From: an uncultured Actinomycetes bacterium
Lineage (GTDB): Bacteria > Actinomycetota > Thermoleophilia > RBG-16-64-13
DNA length: 64,000 bases
Assembly: GCA_963841735.1 (NCBI GenBank)
Contig: CAWJDT010000004.1
Location: forward strand, 96,001-160,000
Direction: 5' to 3'
The notes under the pieces were generated by a model. It saw nothing but the letters and a program-made list of their open reading frames with translations, was not told the DNA's origin and did no database searches. Of the stretch, positions 60,452 through 64,000 are shown in pieces. Position numbers and translations under genes: made by a program. How positions within the stretch are numbered: position 1 is the first letter of the stretch; each line of letters opens with the position of its first letter.

Positions 60452-61143
60452 GCATGCCCCAGGAATTCTACGGGCAGGTTCACCTGTTGCCTTCGATCTT
60501 GTCTGCCAACTTCTCTCGTCTCGGGGAGGAGGTAGGCGGGGCCATGGACGGCGGCGCTCGCATCATCCACGTGGACGTGATGGATGGACATTTCGTCCCC
60601 AACATCACGGTGGGACCATTGGTGGTGCAGAGTCTTGCGGCGCTGGTGCACGGGCGAGGCGGATTCTTCTCGGTTCACCTGATGATCGAGAATCCTGAGC
60701 GATACCTCGAGGCGTTTGTTGAGGCAGGGGCCGACGCGGTGAGCGTGCATGCCGAGGCGTGCCGGTCGTTGTACCACGCGATAGAGAAACTGAAGGCACT
60801 TGGGGCTGGGGCTGGCGTGGCTCTGAATCCGGGCACGAGCCCGTCGGTTCTGCGCGATGTAGCCCAGATGGTGGACGTGGTGTTGGTGATGACGGTGAAT
60901 CCTGGGTTTGGCGCCCAGAAGCTGATCGAGCCTGCGCTTGCGAAGGTTCCCGAGATCAGGCGGATGCTTCCCGCGGGCAAGGCCATAGAGGTGGATGGGG
61001 GCGTGCACCGGGACAACATCAGAAGAGTGGTCGAAGCGGGGGCGAATTGGATAGTAGCCGGATCGGCAGTATTCGGGTCTCCGAATCCGACGTCCGAAGC
61101 GCGGGTACTTCAGGAATTGATGGTGGGCGACGGCTCGGTGTGA
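60448..61143 (+). CDS. rpe: Ribulose-phosphate 3-epimerase
   Basis: HVDVMDGHFVPNIT, VHLMI, MTVNPGFG, IEVDGG, VAGSAVF. Confidence 0.96.
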   Translation: MSMPQEFYGQVHLLPSILSANFSRLGEEVGGAMDGGARIIHVDVMDGHFVPNITVGPLVVQSLAALVHGRGGFFSVHLMIENPERYLEAFVEAGADAVSVHAEACRSLYHAIEKLKALGAGAGVALNPGTSPSVLRDVAQMVDVVLVMTVNPGFGAQKLIEPALAKVPEIRRMLPAGKAIEVDGGVHRDNIRRVVEAGANWIVAGSAVFGSPNPTSEARVLQELMVGDGSV

Positions 61144-61182
61144 TAGATTCTGCCCTGCGCCGTAGCGGTGCGATACGAGATT

Positions 61183-61295
61183 AGGTCTTCGGGGTCGGGT
61201 GAGATTCCCTACCGGCGGTTATAGCCCGCGAGCCCTTATGGGGCAGATCAGGTGAGATTCCTGAGCCGACAGTAAAGTCTGGAGGAGAGAAGGCC
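61183..61295 (+). ncRNA. FMN riboswitch (RFN element)
   Basis: CTTCGGGGTCGGGTGAGATTCCCTACCGGCGGT...AGCCCGCGAGC...GGTGAGATTCC..AGCCGACAGTAAAGTCTGGA..AGAGAAG; upstream of rib operon. Confidence 0.96.
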
Positions 61296-61326
61296 GGAGC
61301 GGGGCTATGATGTCCCGTTTCTAGCG

Positions 61327-61364
61327 ACCCCTAGGCCTGCAGGCTGAGGGGTTTTGTCTTGTTT
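61327..61364 (+). terminator. Riboswitch-controlled intrinsic terminator
   Basis: ACCCCT..GCC-TGCA-GGC..AGGGGT stem followed by TTTGTCTTGTTT. Confidence 0.7.
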
Positions 61365-61367
61365 GGA

Positions 61368-62534
61368 GTGAACGACGCGGCATATTTGGAGCGGGCGTGG
61401 CAGCTGGCCGAGCGGGGTCGGGGTTGTACGAGTCCCAATCCTCTGGTGGGTGCGGTAATAGTCAGGGACGGCGATGTCATCGGCGAGGGTTGGCATGCGG
61501 GCCCCGGACGTGATCACGCTGAAGTGGCCGCGATCAAGAATGCCGTCGCCAACACAACTGGGGCCACCGACGCGCCTGCCCCTGGGGACGCCGGGGCCGC
61601 AACCAGAGTCTGTGGGGGCGCGACTATGTACGTGACCCTCGAGCCGTGCTGTACACAAGGCCGCACCCCCCCGTGTACCGAGGCGCTGATCTCGGCCGGT
61701 TTTGGGCGCATCGTAGCCGGAGTGATCGATTCGACGCCCCAGGTGGACGGGCGGGGGCTCGAGCTGCTTCGGGCGGCAGGCATGCAGGTGGATCTTGCCG
61801 AGGGAGCGCTCGTACACCTTATGAAACGCCAGAATGATGGTCCACGCAAGGTGATCGCGACGGGCCTACCCTTTGTGACTTATAAGTACGCCATGACCCT
61901 GGACGGCAGGGTGGCTACCGATTCGGGAGATTCGCGCTGGGTCTCGGGCCCTGACAGTCGGGCACTGGTCCATGAGTGGCGCAGCTGGTCGGACGCCGTT
62001 GTTGTAGGGGCCGCGACCGCAAGGATGGACGACCCACTGCTCACCTCTCGTCAAGTCGCCTGCCCTCGTCAACCGCTCCGCGTGATAGTGGGCGGTGGCC
62101 TGACCCTCCGCAGGGAGAGCCGCATCGTGAGCAGTGTGGAAGATGGCGCGGTCCTGGTGTTCTGTGGCCCTGATGTGGGAGAGGAGCGTATCAGCGAAGT
62201 AGAGTCGTGGGGTGTGGCGGTGGAGCGACTCACCCGTGATGACGCCGGCGGCCTGGATCCCCTGGAGGTGTGCCGCAGACTGGCTGCGCGCGATGTCCAG
62301 AGCGTGCTTCTTGAAGGCGGACCCAAACTGGCGGGCGCTTGGTGGGCCAAGGGGCTTGTCGATAAGGTGGCGGCGTTTGTGTGCCCCAAGGTCGTGTCGG
62401 GCGAGGTTCATCGGGGGCCCTTGTTGGGTGTGGGTGCGAGGGCCATGGACGGCGGGATGATGCTGCGCGAGGTCGAAGTGCGCAGGCTCGGGGCCGACAC
62501 CCTTGTGACGGGGTATACAGGGGAGCCGTTCTGA
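61368..62534 (+). CDS. ribD: Riboflavin biosynthesis deaminase/reductase RibD
   Basis: PNPLVGAV, HAEV, YVTLEPC..GRTPPC, AMTLDG, LLEGGP. Confidence 0.96.
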   Translation: MNDAAYLERAWQLAERGRGCTSPNPLVGAVIVRDGDVIGEGWHAGPGRDHAEVAAIKNAVANTTGATDAPAPGDAGAATRVCGGATMYVTLEPCCTQGRTPPCTEALISAGFGRIVAGVIDSTPQVDGRGLELLRAAGMQVDLAEGALVHLMKRQNDGPRKVIATGLPFVTYKYAMTLDGRVATDSGDSRWVSGPDSRALVHEWRSWSDAVVVGAATARMDDPLLTSRQVACPRQPLRVIVGGGLTLRRESRIVSSVEDGAVLVFCGPDVGEERISEVESWGVAVERLTRDDAGGLDPLEVCRRLAARDVQSVLLEGGPKLAGAWWAKGLVDKVAAFVCPKVVSGEVHRGPLLGVGARAMDGGMMLREVEVRRLGADTLVTGYTGEPF

Positions 62535-63196
62535 TGTTCACGGGATTGATCGAAGAGATGGGCGTGGTCAGACGGCTTGAGAAGACCCGGGGGGGCGGAC
62601 GGCTAAGCGTCCAGGCTCGCAAGGTCCTGGGGGGAACCAAGCTCGGTGACTCCATCGCGGTCAGTGGAGCCTGTCTGACTGTGATCGACCTCGCGACAGA
62701 TGGATTCACGGTGGACTGCATGCCTGAGACTATTTCGCTGACCACTATCGGAGCTGCGAGCGTGGGCAGGGCGGTGAACCTGGAGCGCTCGTTGGTTCTG
62801 GGTGAACGGATAGGCGGTCACCTGGTGCTTGGGCATGTGGACGCTGTGTCAGAAGTGATAGCGGTCGTTCGAAAGGGCGCGGTTCGAGAGATCAGGTTTT
62901 CTCTCCCCGGAGCGGTTGCCTCCTATATCGCTCCGAAGGGGTCGGTGGCCATCGATGGGGTCTCGCTGACGGTCATGCGCGTGGACAAGGATGCTTTCGA
63001 GATAGGGGTCATCCCGCACACCCTGGAAGAGACCACACTTAAGAACGTGCATACGGGGATGTTGGTGAACGTGGAAGCCGATGTGCTGGCGCGCTACGTA
63101 CAGCGTGCGCTGCGGTCGGACGGTAGCACAGGGAGCGAAGGGGAAGTCGCCGGAGGGCTCACCGAGGACTTCCTTAGAGAGAAGGGGTTTGTATGA
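62534..63196 (+). CDS. ribE: Riboflavin synthase (alpha chain)
   Basis: MFTGLIE N-terminus, [28 protein letters not shown]. Confidence 0.96.
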   Translation: MFTGLIEEMGVVRRLEKTRGGGRLSVQARKVLGGTKLGDSIAVSGACLTVIDLATDGFTVDCMPETISLTTIGAASVGRAVNLERSLVLGERIGGHLVLGHVDAVSEVIAVVRKGAVREIRFSLPGAVASYIAPKGSVAIDGVSLTVMRVDKDAFEIGVIPHTLEETTLKNVHTGMLVNVEADVLARYVQRALRSDGSTGSEGEVAGGLTEDFLREKGFV

Positions 63197-64000
63197 GAGA
63201 GGGAATGTTCGCCACTATCACGGAGGCGCTCGAGGACATGAGGGCCGGTCGGATGGTCGTCGTGGTAGATGACGAAGACCGGGAGAACGAAGGTGACCTG
63301 ACCATGGCCGCCCAGTTTGTGTCACAGGAATCCATCAACTTCATGGCGGTTCATGGGCGGGGACTTGTCTGCCTGGCCATCACCGATGAGCGAGCGCGAC
63401 ATCTGCGTCTTCACCCCATGGCCCGGGAGAACCAGTCCCGCTTTGGCACGGCCTTCACCGTATCCATAGAGGCGCGACAAGGAGTGACCACGGGGATCTC
63501 CGCAGCCGACAGGGCTCATACCATCCAAGTGGCCATAGACCCAGAGAGCCGCGCGGACGACCTGGTACAACCGGGGCACGTCTTCCCGCTGGTCGCTAAG
63601 CAGGGTGGGGTGCTGGCGCGGGCTGGTCAGACCGAAGCCGCGGTCGACTTGGCCCGCATGGCCGGACTCCTTCCGGCGGGAGTCATCTGCGAGATCATGA
63701 ACGACGACGGGACCATGGCAAGAGTGCCCGATTTGGGGCCGTATTGTGCCCGTCATGGCATCAAGATGATCACTGTGGCCGACATGATCCGGTACCGCAG
63801 ACACACTGAGAAGTTGGTGCGGCGGGTGGCCGCAGTGCGGATGCCGACTGCTTCTGGTGATTTCGTGGCCTACGGATACGAAAGCCTGCTGGACGGTGAG
63901 CAGCACCTCGCTCTAGTCAAAGGTGACATCGTGGGCAAGAAGGATGTGCTGGTGCGGGTGCACTCAGAGTGTCTGACAGGGGATGTGTTCCACTCTCTCA
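63193..64000 (+). CDS. ribBA: Bifunctional DHBP synthase/GTP cyclohydrolase II (3'-truncated by window)
   Basis: Own translation: [42 protein letters not shown], ending [13 protein letters not shown]. Confidence 0.95.
   Translation, partial: MREGMFATITEALEDMRAGRMVVVVDDEDRENEGDLTMAAQFVSQESINFMAVHGRGLVCLAITDERARHLRLHPMARENQSRFGTAFTVSIEARQGVTTGISAADRAHTIQVAIDPESRADDLVQPGHVFPLVAKQGGVLARAGQTEAAVDLARMAGLLPAGVICEIMNDDGTMARVPDLGPYCARHGIKMITVADMIRYRRHTEKLVRRVAAVRMPTASGDFVAYGYESLLDGEQHLALVKGDIVGKKDVLVRVHSECLTGDVFHSL

Noticed and set aside
1-64000. Selenocysteine (TGA) read-through, prompted by selU
   Set aside because: No gene appeared interrupted by an in-frame TGA at a conserved Cys position

Overview
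High-GC bacterial chromosomal segment, almost entirely + strand and mostly core genome. Gene content (RNase Y + RNase J, dapL, CWB2 surface protein, Ala/Pro/Lys-rich IF2) suggests, by inference, a deep-branching Actinomycetota such as a Thermoleophilia-like organism. Order: rseP'-ispG-proS-rimP-nusA-ylxR-infB-DUF503-rbfA-nrnA-truB-ribF; CWB2/L,D-transpeptidase; rpsO-pnp-M16 peptidase-dapB-rnj-ftsK-selU-rodZ-rimO-pgsA-thpR-recA-recX; a long structured leader then rny-miaB-miaA-dapF-dapL-dut; a type IV pilin cluster (two paralogous pilins, TPR lipoprotein, four minor pilins) with a sigma-28-like promoter and a duplicated 20-bp motif; Cys-rich ORF-rnz-tRNA-Arg(CCG)-small Zn-ribbon protein; a catalytically degenerate polysaccharide deacetylase divergent from two tandem DUF4015-like hydrolases; adenine deaminase; an ACT-livHMGKF-paaK operon and metK carrying about 15 single-base frameshifts (most likely assembly errors); priA-def-fmt-rpe; FMN riboswitch-ribD-ribE-ribBA'. 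No CRISPR array, transposase or integrase was seen. Best novelty candidates: the attenuator-like rny leader, the pseudo-deacetylase/DUF4015 module, the pilin regulatory motifs, the NusA C-terminal Cys3His finger and the Cys-rich gene coupled to rnz.
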